From NCBI GenBank assembly GCA_015068925.1, contig SVJP01000001.1:1805-65804 (forward strand): a DNA stretch of 64,000 nucleotides, written 5' to 3'. The stretch is from Oscillospiraceae bacterium (GTDB lineage: Bacteria; Bacillota; Clostridia; HGM11514). Below, piece after piece: positions 48,908 to 60,717 of this stretch (position 1 is its first letter; each line of letters begins with the position of its first letter). The translations under genes were made by a program, and so were the position numbers. Under the pieces are notes generated by a model, which was not told where the DNA came from, did no database searches, and saw nothing but the letters and a program-made list of their open reading frames with translations.

Positions 48908-50854
48908 TTAAGAAATCAAAATCAACAATTTAGAGGCATATTCTTCCTTAGGTACGGTCAAGCATCCCTTTTCTGACCGATATCGTTTTCCAGAAAACAA
49001 GTCTTCATAAATGCCGTCTTCTTTTACATAAAGCACCGTATCTTCAAATGCATACACACCTAACAGACAATTGTTACGATATACAGGGTCGGTTTCGGAG
49101 TACAGATGCACTCCTGCAATACGGCAGATTTTTCTCAAAATTTCTGCATCTAATTTTCCGATGCCGCTGTAAACAGAGAGAAACCTCCCTGTATTTTTAT
49201 AGGCAACTGCAACCTTTCCGTTATCATATTTTGATAAGGCAACTGCATCTTTATCTGTAATACAAAAGCCGGGTGTGGGCAATCGTACGCCATGATCTGC
49301 AGAGGATGGTCTTTCTTTCATTTCTGACAATTCCATCTCGGTTAATTCCTTCATGCGCTTCAACCCACCATTACAAAAATCCGGCGCATACATCCAAAGA
49401 ATGGTTTTTCCTGCTTGTTTCAGATTTTCAATTACTTGAGCGTGTTGGGAAGTCATATCAAATCCATCCAGCAATACGACCAATTTATATTGAGAAAAAT
49501 CAATGTTTCCCAAATCACCTGCAACATAAGAATCAAAGGGCGCGCCCAATCGCATATATCCTTCTCTTTGACCACTTGCAAGACTGTAATGAATGTTATT
49601 TCTTTTGTTCACTTTGTACATAGATTGCGGAAATCCGATGATTGCCACCTCTGCCACTGAATGACAAGGTATTTTGGAAAGCCGGTTGGTAATTTCTACC
49701 ATTTTAGAAACTCCGTTCATTATTCCTTCGCTTGCATACCAACCTTCAAACATATCAAACCACCAAAGAGCTGTTCCGTTAGAGGCACAAAGCATAAAAT
49801 CCCGACGCATTAAATCTACTGCTTCACGGTCGGTCTTGCAGTAATATCCTGCGCCTGCCAAGGCAAATTCCTGAGAAAGATAGGTTCTTTGGTCATATTC
49901 AAAAAAGTACAGTTTATCATGAAGATCCAATGTTTTATACAAAGTCATAAAAGCGCTGGTGGAATCAGGCTCCCGAAACGAGTAGGAGGCAGGAGAAGAA
50001 ATCATGTTAATATCATCACTGAAATACACTTTTTCCAATGCCAAATGCCCTGCATCATTAATGTAATTCATGTTGGGATTTCCAAATTCAAAATAGTATC
50101 CGAAATAAAGACCTAACAGTTTTTTATGCTGAATCACCTTTTGCGCTTCTGTTGCAAAATACAAAATGGTATCTGCAATAAGTTCTGCATGTGCCCGCTG
50201 ATAGGAAATCACATTTTCATCCTCATAAAAAGAAAGTTCTGCTGAAAGCTCCATTTCTTCTTTCTTGGGAATTGTTGCGTTGGGATTGTTGGTATATTCC
50301 CGATAATAGGCTTCCTTAATGGGATGTGATTCCTGAAAATCAATATGGCTGAACCACTCCGTTCCTTTTCCGCACAGCATAAAATAGCCGTAAACACAGT
50401 CACCGTATTTTTCTTCTACATGCTCCATCATAGCCTTCAAATAATCGGCTGTTGCCTCTCGCCACTCCCGGTCCCAAATAACCTGAGACAGATAATCAAA
50501 GCTTTTCGGGAAATTCTCGTGGATTTGATGCCACCAATCTCTCGTGTCAAGGTGAATCATAATGGCATAATAACAACCGGGAGAATGTGCTCTAAAAAAC
50601 TCTATTTGCTTGTCCACCGCATCAAAATTATAATTTCCTTTCCCGAACCAACAATCTCCGTATAAGGAATAGGGAACATCATATCCGCATTGTAAACCGC
50701 TGACCAGGATGCTGAAAAGCTTTACTCCTGCCTTTGCAAAATCCGAAATATTCCGTTCTGAGGGGCGAAATGACTTGAAAGAAACCGGATCGTATAAAAC
50801 TCCATCAATTTCAACCTTTAATACGCCATTGCTTCTTTTTACCGAAACATCCAT
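48908..50854 (-). CDS. Large uncharacterised protein, putative glycoside hydrolase, in the MurNAc cluster
   Basis: 648 aa with no signal peptide. Judged by composition it looks like a TIM-barrel followed by beta-domains. It is co-oriented with the kinase, murQ and GH3 genes. Confidence 0.4.
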   Translation of the reverse strand: MDVSVKRSNGVLKVEIDGVLYDPVSFKSFRPSERNISDFAKAGVKLFSILVSGLQCGYDVPYSLYGDCWFGKGNYNFDAVDKQIEFFRAHSPGCYYAIMIHLDTRDWWHQIHENFPKSFDYLSQVIWDREWREATADYLKAMMEHVEEKYGDCVYGYFMLCGKGTEWFSHIDFQESHPIKEAYYREYTNNPNATIPKKEEMELSAELSFYEDENVISYQRAHAELIADTILYFATEAQKVIQHKKLLGLYFGYYFEFGNPNMNYINDAGHLALEKVYFSDDINMISSPASYSFREPDSTSAFMTLYKTLDLHDKLYFFEYDQRTYLSQEFALAGAGYYCKTDREAVDLMRRDFMLCASNGTALWWFDMFEGWYASEGIMNGVSKMVEITNRLSKIPCHSVAEVAIIGFPQSMYKVNKRNNIHYSLASGQREGYMRLGAPFDSYVAGDLGNIDFSQYKLVVLLDGFDMTSQHAQVIENLKQAGKTILWMYAPDFCNGGLKRMKELTEMELSEMKERPSSADHGVRLPTPGFCITDKDAVALSKYDNGKVAVAYKNTGRFLSVYSGIGKLDAEILRKICRIAGVHLYSETDPVYRNNCLLGVYAFEDTVLYVKEDGIYEDLFSGKRYRSEKGCLTVPKEEYASKLLILIS

Positions 50855-51081
50855 TTCTAATGCCTCCTTTTTGACTTTTTAAAAAATTTTATATTGCTAT
50901 TATATCACGAATTAGTTGTGTTTTACAAGCAACTGTTTTTACAGTATTCCAAAATTCAACCAGCGGTTGTTTTTTGCTTCTTTATTTAAAAAATATTCTT
51001 TCCAAAAATCCGCCTTTTTTATTGACTTTTGATTGAAAATAAGGTATGATAGAAGTAAGAAAAAGAAAGGATGAGATACCA

Positions 51082-52335
51082 ATGAAAAAATTATCGTTAG
51101 TACTACTTGTAACCCTTATTTGTTCCTTGCTTGCTTTTCCGGCAGGAGCACAAGATACCATCACCGTTTTGGTGGACGGAGAACCTGTTGTATTTGATGT
51201 AGCTCCCATATTTGATGCGGAGAATAACAGAGTGTTACTTCCTCTCCGGGCAGTAGGAGAATCTTTAGGTGCCTATGTAGGATGGGATGCGGAAACTCGC
51301 AGTATCACCATTGGCCGCAGAGGAATTTTGCAACGATTGACTTTGGATGACCCCACCATGGTGATTCAAAGTGATTCAGAGAAAAAAGAAACAGTTTTGG
51401 ACGTTGCCCCTTATGTAGTTGACGGCAGAACCTTGGTGCCTATTCGTTGCATTGCCGAAGGTTTCAATGCTCAGGTTGACTGGGATAACGAAACCAAAAC
51501 GGTAACCGTTACCACAAATCATCCCGTTTTTATGACCATTAACAAAACGGATGTTACAGAAGGGATTTACCAGTTCCTTCTGACTCAGTTTGATGTTAAT
51601 CCGGAAGCCCGTGCACTCTTTATGTTTGCATTTATTCAACCGGCGGAAGAAGCGGGAATCACAGTAAGCGAACAAGAAGTATGGGAGATTTTCGGAGTGG
51701 ATTCTGCTGAAACGTACAAAGCAGCTCAAAAAGAAATTCTGTCATACGGTATGTCTGCAGAAGAATTTGATTTGTGCAATAAAGCTTCTGTATATACCGA
51801 AAAACTGTTCAATAAAATTGCAGAAGACGTTACCTACGATGAATTAAAAGCTTTTTACGAATCTGAGTTTATCACTGCAAAACACATTTTACTGACCTAT
51901 AATGAAAACAAAGATCAGGAAACTGTCAAAAAACAGGCAGAGGAACTTTTGTCCCAAATCAATGACGGAGCCGATTTTGATGAATTAATGAATCGATACT
52001 CTGAAGACCCGGGTCTGGAAGATTATCCCACGGGCTATACCTTTACCAAAAATGAAATGATTGAAGTGTTTGAATCTGCTGCTTATGCTTTGGAAATCGG
52101 AGAAGTCAGCGAATTGATTGAAACAGATTACGGATATCACATTATCAAACGGATGCCCTTAGAAGATATGCTGCCTGTTGAAATTGAAGCGTTGCGTGAA
52201 ACATATGCAGACCAATTTATGCTTAAAGCGATTGAAGAAGCGATTGTAACGAAAAATCAGGAGTTGATTGACAGTGTTAACTTGGATTTACGACTTGCAA
52301 TTCTTGAAATGATTTATTATTCTACCCAACAATAA
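51082..52335 (+). CDS. Secreted PrsA-like foldase: signal peptide, copper-amine-oxidase N-terminal-like domain, then a PpiC-type PPIase domain
   Basis: MKKLSLVLLVTLICSLLAFPAGA signal peptide. Repeats of the type VLLPLRAVGESLGAYVGWD and TLVPIRCIAEGFNAQVDWD. C-terminal parvulin motifs HILLTY...GYHIIKR. Confidence 0.65.
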   Translation: MKKLSLVLLVTLICSLLAFPAGAQDTITVLVDGEPVVFDVAPIFDAENNRVLLPLRAVGESLGAYVGWDAETRSITIGRRGILQRLTLDDPTMVIQSDSEKKETVLDVAPYVVDGRTLVPIRCIAEGFNAQVDWDNETKTVTVTTNHPVFMTINKTDVTEGIYQFLLTQFDVNPEARALFMFAFIQPAEEAGITVSEQEVWEIFGVDSAETYKAAQKEILSYGMSAEEFDLCNKASVYTEKLFNKIAEDVTYDELKAFYESEFITAKHILLTYNENKDQETVKKQAEELLSQINDGADFDELMNRYSEDPGLEDYPTGYTFTKNEMIEVFESAAYALEIGEVSELIETDYGYHIIKRMPLEDMLPVEIEALRETYADQFMLKAIEEAIVTKNQELIDSVNLDLRLAILEMIYYSTQQ

Positions 52336-52355
52336 AAGAAAAAGGGGGATGTTCT

Positions 52356-53735
52356 ATGAAAAAAACTTGCTGTATGTTAATCATCGCATTGATGATTTCT
52401 GTGTTATCGCCCATTGCTGTTTTTGCGAATGAAATTCAAATTACAGTAGACGGGCAACCAATCAACGGAATGGCAGTCATGCAAAATGACAGAATTTATG
52501 TATGTTCCAATACAGCTGCAAATCTTGGAGTACTCGTTTCAGATATCGATACATTTACCGACAAAATGGATGGTGAAACCCTCACGATCATCTATCAAGG
52601 TCAAGTGATTTCTGTTTCACCGGATCGTGCCGTTGCAAAAGTTTCCTCTTCGGATGGTGAACAGGAATTGGATATGCATTCGGCTCCCATTATAACAGAT
52701 GGAACCTTATTGTTACCTGCACGGTTTCTGTCCGAATTAACGGGCTCGGATGTGGCATGGAACGGGGAAGAAAAAACCATTTCTTTCGTCACTCATCCTG
52801 ACGTGATTTTAAAAATCGGAGAAACGGAAATTACAGAAAATTTATATTTTCTTACGTCCTTTTTGGTATATTTTGTTCCACCGTTCGCAGAATTTCTGAT
52901 TGATGATGACAATGCATCGCTTCTGTTATCAACAAACACCTCGTCTATCATACAAAACTTTATGAAGTTAGTTGATACCAATCGGAACATCGAAAAGGAA
53001 ACAAATGATTTCTTTTTGGCATTGGAAACCATATATCAACAGAATGCAGATTCTGAAAACTTAGGATTGTTTTCAGATATGTTGCAAGAGTTCCAACTCC
53101 CTCTTACTCCTTCGGAACAGGTTTTGGCAACAAACTATTTGTTTACCTTGTTGGACTATGTAACAAACAATCTGGAAAATTGGGAAATTACCGAAGAACA
53201 ATATCAGGAGTTTTTAAAAACAAATTCTTTTTGGGAATTGATCGAAAGAGATTATGATGCGTTTTACTCTATCGACACCGAAGCAGACGATCGTTTCTTG
53301 GAAACCATAAAAGAAGTGGAAAGTAAAATCAACCAAGGGCAATTGCCTCGTGAAGTGTTGCTTGAATATGATGACTTTAAACCAACTAACTACTTTATCA
53401 GGACGGACTGGTTAGACAACATGGCTCCTTCCTTCCGATGGATTCCTGAGGGGAAAAACAGCGGATTTTTACCCCCACAGGAGTATTGGTGGGATGTGTA
53501 TTTTGCCAAACACCTTCCCTCGCCGAAATTAGAAGATTTGACAACAAAGCAAAAAGATGAAATCATATCCCAGTGTGAATGGGATATCATCAAGGAAATC
53601 TTCAAAACCTTACCGAAAGAGGGGGATTTGGAAGTTGTCAATCAACCATCGTATGCTCATATTTTTGATTTCTCTCTATCAGAAGTTTTGAAATCATTGG
53701 AAGAAATCGAAGACACGGAGCCTGCAATTCCTTAA
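52356..53735 (+). CDS. Secreted protein with a copper-amine-oxidase N-terminal-like domain and an uncharacterised C-terminal domain
   Basis: MKKTCCMLIIALMISVLSPIAVFA signal peptide. The motif LLLPARFLSELTGSDVAWN repeats the one in the upstream paralog. Confidence 0.55.
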   Translation: MKKTCCMLIIALMISVLSPIAVFANEIQITVDGQPINGMAVMQNDRIYVCSNTAANLGVLVSDIDTFTDKMDGETLTIIYQGQVISVSPDRAVAKVSSSDGEQELDMHSAPIITDGTLLLPARFLSELTGSDVAWNGEEKTISFVTHPDVILKIGETEITENLYFLTSFLVYFVPPFAEFLIDDDNASLLLSTNTSSIIQNFMKLVDTNRNIEKETNDFFLALETIYQQNADSENLGLFSDMLQEFQLPLTPSEQVLATNYLFTLLDYVTNNLENWEITEEQYQEFLKTNSFWELIERDYDAFYSIDTEADDRFLETIKEVESKINQGQLPREVLLEYDDFKPTNYFIRTDWLDNMAPSFRWIPEGKNSGFLPPQEYWWDVYFAKHLPSPKLEDLTTKQKDEIISQCEWDIIKEIFKTLPKEGDLEVVNQPSYAHIFDFSLSEVLKSLEEIEDTEPAIP

Positions 53736-53802
53736 CATGGTCTATTGCAAGTAAATAAAGAGATTGAGTATGAATTTCTAATCTAATATCTATCAAATCA
53801 GC

Positions 53803-53849
53803 AACCGTCAGGAAAATAAACGAATTTTCCTGACGGTTGTGTGTTTTTG
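53803..53849 (+). terminator. Rho-independent terminator
   Basis: AACCGTCAGGAAAAT-aaacga-ATTTTCCTGACGGTT then GTGTGTTTTTG. Confidence 0.7.
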
Positions 53850-53932
53850 TCACAAGATCCGTTTTGTTTTTCGGCCAACGGTAAACCATTTGTTTCACTA
53901 TAATTATTTTCATTGAAAAATGCAGGGAATGT

Positions 53933-53961
53933 TTGACAAATGAAATAGTTTTTGATATAAT
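53933..53961 (+). promoter_or_regulatory. Candidate sigma-A promoter of metG
   Basis: TTGACA, a 17 nt spacer, then TATAAT, about 37 nt upstream of TAGGAGG and the ATG. Confidence 0.5.
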
Positions 53962-53973
53962 AAATAAAAATGA

Positions 53974-55926
<1,953 letters not shown>

Positions 55927-55936
55927 GGAGAGCGTT

Positions 55937-56695
55937 ATGTTTTTTGATTCTCATGCCCACTATGATGATGGCCGTTTTGATGAGGACCGTGATCAGGTGG
56001 TTGGCGGATTATTACAACAAAATGTAAGCTATGTGATTAATGTGGGGGCTGACATGGTCAGCTCCCATAACAGTATTGAGCTGGCAGAACGGTTCCCTCA
56101 TGTTTATGCGGCAGTGGGGGTGCATCCTCACGAAGCGGAGAATATGAAGGAAGAAGATTTGGAGCAGCTGAAGGAATGGTTTTCTCATGAAAAGGTGGTC
56201 GCTTTAGGAGAAATCGGTTTGGATTATTATTACGATAATTCTCCAAGAGAGGTGCAACGGTATTGGTTTGACCGTCAGATGCAACTGGCGGTGGAACGGG
56301 AGATGCCTGTGGTGATTCATGACCGGGATGCTCATGGAGATACCATGGAAATAGTAAAGCGATATCCCAAAGTAAAAGGCGTGTTTCATTGCTATTCGGG
56401 CAGTGCCGACATGGCGAGAGAACTGATTAAAATGGGTTGGTATTTAGCATTTGGCGGTTCTTGTACCTTTAAAAATGCAAAGGCTTTGCCAGTGGTAATT
56501 GCAGAAATTCCTGAGGACCGTTTTTTGATTGAAACCGATTGCCCGTATCTTGCTCCTGTTCCCCATCGTGGAGAACGGAATCATTCGGGATTTTTGATTC
56601 ATGTAGCGGAGAAAATCGGTGCCATTCGTGGATGGACCGTGGAAGAGGTGGCAAGAAAAAGTCGGGAAAATGCAGAAAGACTGTTTGGGATTTAG
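55937..56695 (+). CDS. tatD: TatD-family metal-dependent hydrolase
   Basis: MFFDSHAHYDD...VVALGEIGLDYYY is the TatD signature. Confidence 0.9.
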   Translation: MFFDSHAHYDDGRFDEDRDQVVGGLLQQNVSYVINVGADMVSSHNSIELAERFPHVYAAVGVHPHEAENMKEEDLEQLKEWFSHEKVVALGEIGLDYYYDNSPREVQRYWFDRQMQLAVEREMPVVIHDRDAHGDTMEIVKRYPKVKGVFHCYSGSADMARELIKMGWYLAFGGSCTFKNAKALPVVIAEIPEDRFLIETDCPYLAPVPHRGERNHSGFLIHVAEKIGAIRGWTVEEVARKSRENAERLFGI

Positions 56696-56761
56696 CACAT
56701 TTTCTTTCTTTTTTCATACTATGATAATGAATGTTGTATGAGGAAGGAGAGTAAGGAGATT

Positions 56762-57019
56762 ATGTCAGAACTTGAACATTGCAAAAAAGAACAACAATCC
56801 TGTCAGATGCCCGAGGGAATGATGCCCTTTGTGGTCTATGGCTATCCCATGATGGGACAGATGCCCATGCCTTATCGGATGGGAATGACGGAGGAACGAT
56901 GCGCACTCTATGGCACGATGCCGCAATGTTTTCCCCAAATGAATGTGATGAATCCGGTGTTTTTCAAACCCTATACGAGACCCGGCTGCGGCTGCGGTGT
57001 GTCTGATTTAGAGGAATAA
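56762..57019 (+). CDS. Small Met/Pro/Cys-rich hypothetical protein, possibly a CotJA-like spore coat protein
   Basis: 85 aa from the MSELEH start. Alternative ATG at 56738. PMMGQMPMPYRMGMTEERCALYGTMPQCFPQMNVMNPVFFKPYTRPGCGCGV. Confidence 0.4.
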   Translation: MSELEHCKKEQQSCQMPEGMMPFVVYGYPMMGQMPMPYRMGMTEERCALYGTMPQCFPQMNVMNPVFFKPYTRPGCGCGVSDLEE

Positions 57020-57068
57020 AACAAATTGGTGCCGACAGACTTGTTTTGTTGGCACTTCTTTTTTTGGA
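57018..57068 (+). terminator. Probable rho-independent terminator
   Basis: GC-containing hairpin around GGTGCC...GGCAC followed by TTCTTTTTTT. Confidence 0.45.
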
Positions 57069-57075
57069 GGCTTCT

Positions 57076-57351
57076 ATGATAAAAAAGGAAGAACTGAAAT
57101 TACTTGCCCAATTATCAAAATTAAGTTTTTCGCAAGGGGAAGAGGAACAATTGCAAAAGGAATTGAACTCAATCCTTCTGTTTGCTGACCAAATTCAAGG
57201 AATCAAGAACAATAAAGAGTGGATATCCGAATATGCTTGTGAATTGCGCGAGGATGAGATCATTCTGCCTGTTTCACAGGAGGAATTGCTTGCCAATGCT
57301 CCCACCAAGAAAAATGGATTTTTTAAGCTACCAAGGAGGGGAGAGGGATGA
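57076..57351 (+). CDS. gatC: Glutamyl-tRNA(Gln)/aspartyl-tRNA(Asn) amidotransferase subunit C
   Basis: Start at MIKKEELKLLAQLSKLSFSQGEEEQ. Overlaps the gatA start. Confidence 0.9.
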   Translation: MIKKEELKLLAQLSKLSFSQGEEEQLQKELNSILLFADQIQGIKNNKEWISEYACELREDEIILPVSQEELLANAPTKKNGFFKLPRRGEG

Positions 57352-58802
57352 TCAGAGCGTTACATCATCAACTGGTCAATAAGGAATTGTCAGCCGTTGA
57401 ACTGACGGACAAGTATTTGCAGGGGATTCATACTCAAGATTCTGTCCTTCATGCATACATTACGGTAACGGAGAAAAAGGCAAAAACTGCTGCCCGTAAG
57501 GTGGATGAGAAAATTGCAAGAGGGGAAGAAATCGGATTGTTGGAAGGGATTCCCATGTCTGTTAAGGATAACATTTCCACCAAAGGAATTACAACCTCTT
57601 GCGGTTCTGCCATGTTACGAGACTATCAGCCTGTCTATGATGCCCATGTGGTGGAACAGCTGAAAAATGCAGGGGCAATACTTTTGGGAAAAACCAATAT
57701 GGACGAGTTTGGAATGGGTTCTACGGGAGAATCGTCTTATTACGGTGCTACAAAAAATCCATACCATACAGATTGTGTTCCCGGAGGAAGCTCGGGTGGC
57801 GGTGCGGTATCGGTTGCAGCGGATATGGCGGTGTTCGGCTTGGGGTCTGACACAGGGGGATCTGTTCGTCAGCCTGCCTCCTTTTGCGGTGTGGTGGGAT
57901 TCAAACCCACCTATGGTGCGGTGTCCCGTTTTGGCTTGATTGCGTATGCTTCAAGTTTGGATCAAATTGGTATTCTGGCAAAGAACACGGAGGATACGGC
58001 AATTGTATTTGATACCGTTTCCGAATTTGATTGCCGCGATGCTACTCACAGAAAACGAAACAAGATTGCTACCGTATCGGAGTTGCAAAAACCGTTAACG
58101 GGCAAAAAAATCGGTGTGCTAAAAGAACTGATGCAGGGGATTTCTTCTGAATTAGAGCAACTGTTATTGGCATCTGTGGAGGTGTTTTGTGGTTTGGGAG
58201 CAGAAGTAGTGGAAGTTTCTGTCCCTGAACTTGCTCTTTCTTTGCCTGTTTATTATATTTTAGCTTGCGGAGAATGTGCCTCTAATCTGGCACGATTTGA
58301 CGGCGTACGGTACGGAACCCGTACCAAGAATTATGATACCATTGAAGAAATGATTGTGAACAGTCGGACAGAAGGATTTGGATTTGAAGTAAAGCAACGA
58401 ATTATGATGGGCAATTACTTTCTTCGTTCTGTTAATTATGATAATTATTACAAAAAGGCACAGGAGGGTCGTGCTGCTCTTTGCGATGCTGTGAAGCAGT
58501 GTTTCGAAGAAGTGGACATGCTTCTTAGTCCTACTGTCCATACCACCGCTTTTCCTTTTGGAAGCTTAACAGATGCGGTGTCACGTTACAAAACAGACCT
58601 TTGTACCGTGCTTGCCAATTTGTGCGGACTTCCTGCCATCAGTATTCCCTGCGGTTATGATGAGAAGGGACTGCCTTTTGGTTTGCAGTTGATGGGAAAT
58701 CAATTTTGCGAGCATACTGTATTAAATTTTGCTTATCAATATGAGCAGGCAACCGGCGAGAGCCGTAAACCGACTGTGGGAGGTGATTCGGTTGGAATAT
58801 GA
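57348..58802 (+). CDS. gatA: Amidotransferase subunit A
   Basis: 484 aa amidase signature family. GGSSGG motif. Confidence 0.95.
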   Translation: MIRALHHQLVNKELSAVELTDKYLQGIHTQDSVLHAYITVTEKKAKTAARKVDEKIARGEEIGLLEGIPMSVKDNISTKGITTSCGSAMLRDYQPVYDAHVVEQLKNAGAILLGKTNMDEFGMGSTGESSYYGATKNPYHTDCVPGGSSGGGAVSVAADMAVFGLGSDTGGSVRQPASFCGVVGFKPTYGAVSRFGLIAYASSLDQIGILAKNTEDTAIVFDTVSEFDCRDATHRKRNKIATVSELQKPLTGKKIGVLKELMQGISSELEQLLLASVEVFCGLGAEVVEVSVPELALSLPVYYILACGECASNLARFDGVRYGTRTKNYDTIEEMIVNSRTEGFGFEVKQRIMMGNYFLRSVNYDNYYKKAQEGRAALCDAVKQCFEEVDMLLSPTVHTTAFPFGSLTDAVSRYKTDLCTVLANLCGLPAISIPCGYDEKGLPFGLQLMGNQFCEHTVLNFAYQYEQATGESRKPTVGGDSVGI

Positions 58803-60201
58803 AAGAATCATAGGGTTGGAAACCCATGTGGAATTATCCACCAACACCAAGATTTTTTGCGGATGTCCCATAGGCTTTGGCGGAGAGCCAAATACACGGT
58901 GTTGCCCTGTTTGCACCGGTCAGCCGGGTGCCTTGCCTGTGCTAAATCGTGCGGTGGTGGAATACGGCATCAAAGCCGGACTTGCGTTGCATTGTAGCAT
59001 CCATCATCATTCAAGCATGGATCGGAAAAATTATGTGTATCCCGATTTGCCCAAAAGCTATCAAATTTCCCAATATGAGGTGCCATTGTGTTATGACGGT
59101 TATCTGACATTAGGTGACGGAACAAAAATTCGTATCAATCGGATTCATATTGAGGAGGATGCCGGAAAGCTGATTCACACAGAGAATGCGGTTTTGATTG
59201 ATTATAACCGTGGTGGAGTGCCCTTGATTGAAATTGTGACAGAACCTGATTTTCGTTCAGCAGAGCAGGTAAGAGAGTATCTGGAACGGTTGCGGCTGAT
59301 TATGAAATATCTCGATGTTTCCGATTGTAAAATGCAGGAGGGGTCTCTGCGGTGTGATGTAAATGTCTCCGTCCGACCAAAAGGAAGCGAAGCATTTGGT
59401 GTGCGGACAGAAATTAAAAATGTAAATTCTTTTTCTTTTATTGAAAGAGCCATTGATTCAGAATACAAGCGTCAGATTGCATTACTGGAACGGGGAGAAA
59501 AGATTGTGCAGCAAACCCTGCGGTATGACGAAGAAAAGCGAGCGGTAGAACCCATGCGCTCCAAAGAGGATGCGGATGATTACCGTTTTTTTCCCGAGCC
59601 TGATATTCCCCAAATTGTTGTTTCTCAGCAGGAAATTGATGCAATAAAGGCTTCTCTTCCCGAGCTTCCTGCAGAAAAGCGAACCCGTTATGGTAAGGTT
59701 TGGGGCCTTTCGGACTACGAAAGCGAGCAATTGACCAAGTATCCTAACATTGCAAAATGCTTTGAACAAATGGTAGAAGAAACAAAGGAACCAAAGCTTT
59801 GTGCCAATGTAATGCTGACCCATTTGTTCCGCTTTTTGCATACAGAAGAAGAAAAGGAACGAGCAGAATTTCCTCTTAGTGTTCAGGAATTTTCTGTGGT
59901 GGTCAAGCATATTTCCCGGAGTGCTCTTTCCAACCAGTTTTTGAAACAAATAGTAGATACCATGATGGAACAACGAAAACCCTTTGATGCTTTGTTTGAT
60001 TTGAAGGAGTTTCAAGTGGATGAAGGTGAAACAGAGCGGGCGGTGATGATTGTCCTTGAGCAAAATGAGAAAATGGTTGCTGATTTTAAAAACGGAAAAG
60101 AAAAGGCGATCGGTGGGTTAATCGGACAAGTGATGAGAGCAACAAAAGGACGTGCAGATGCGAAAACTGTAGAGAAATTGATACGAGAACAATTAACGTA
60201 A
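58792..60201 (+). CDS. gatB: Amidotransferase subunit B
   Basis: Start chosen at a TTG. The resulting N-terminus MEYERIIGLETHVEL matches the Bacillus MNFETVIGLEVHVEL. The track ORF extends 21 codons upstream inside gatA. Confidence 0.88.
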   Translation: MEYERIIGLETHVELSTNTKIFCGCPIGFGGEPNTRCCPVCTGQPGALPVLNRAVVEYGIKAGLALHCSIHHHSSMDRKNYVYPDLPKSYQISQYEVPLCYDGYLTLGDGTKIRINRIHIEEDAGKLIHTENAVLIDYNRGGVPLIEIVTEPDFRSAEQVREYLERLRLIMKYLDVSDCKMQEGSLRCDVNVSVRPKGSEAFGVRTEIKNVNSFSFIERAIDSEYKRQIALLERGEKIVQQTLRYDEEKRAVEPMRSKEDADDYRFFPEPDIPQIVVSQQEIDAIKASLPELPAEKRTRYGKVWGLSDYESEQLTKYPNIAKCFEQMVEETKEPKLCANVMLTHLFRFLHTEEEKERAEFPLSVQEFSVVVKHISRSALSNQFLKQIVDTMMEQRKPFDALFDLKEFQVDEGETERAVMIVLEQNEKMVADFKNGKEKAIGGLIGQVMRATKGRADAKTVEKLIREQLT

Positions 60202-60259
60202 AAAATATTTTTTGGTGGTTTAAGGGGCTGTTATTTTTATTAAAACAGTCTCTTTTTTC

Positions 60260-60308
60260 TTGACAAATTTGAGAAAATCAGGTATAATATGAGAGTAATT
60301 CTCAAATT
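60260..60308 (+). promoter_or_regulatory. Promoter with palindromic operator candidates upstream of the Fur-family gene
   Basis: TTGACA, a 17 nt spacer, then TATAAT. The inverted repeat is AATTTGAGA...TCTCAAATT. An inner near-palindrome TGAGAgtaatTCTCA lies just downstream of the -10 box. Confidence 0.5.
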
Positions 60309-60320
60309 GGAGGAAGAAAC

Positions 60321-60716
60321 ATGGCATATCAGACCAAACAAAAACAATTGTTATTACAATTTTTAGCAGAACATAAAGAAGAACAGTTATCCATAGAAGA
60401 AATTGCTGAAATGATGCCGTCCGGCTTGGGAAAAAGTACGTTGTATCGTTTGATGAGTCAATTGACTGAGCAGGGATGGGTGATGCGGTTTCGTGGCAAT
60501 GACCAAAAAGCGGTTCGGTATCAGTTGGTGAATAAAGAGGACGGATGTGACGGCCATTTTCACGCCCAATGTACCTCCTGCGGAACCTTATTCCACCTTC
60601 ATTGTGATTTTATGAAGAATCTGGGCAGTCACATGGGTCATCATCATCAATTTTTGGTTGACTCTGCACAGACTATTTTATACGGTACATGCGAAAGTTG
60701 TCAAAAGGAGGGATAA
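60321..60716 (+). CDS. zur: Fur-family metalloregulator, probably Zur
   Basis: HTH N-terminus followed by CDGHFHAQCTSCG...HHHQF...LYGTCESC, the Fur-family metal and structural-Zn sites. It sits immediately upstream of znuABC. Confidence 0.8.
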   Translation: MAYQTKQKQLLLQFLAEHKEEQLSIEEIAEMMPSGLGKSTLYRLMSQLTEQGWVMRFRGNDQKAVRYQLVNKEDGCDGHFHAQCTSCGTLFHLHCDFMKNLGSHMGHHHQFLVDSAQTILYGTCESCQKEG

Positions 60717-60717
60717 C

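Noticed and set aside
58729-58791. Longer upstream start for gatB (ATG at 58741)
   Set aside because: It would overlap gatA by more than 60 nt and add 17 residues that do not match the GatB family. The TTG at 58792 gives a canonical N-terminus.
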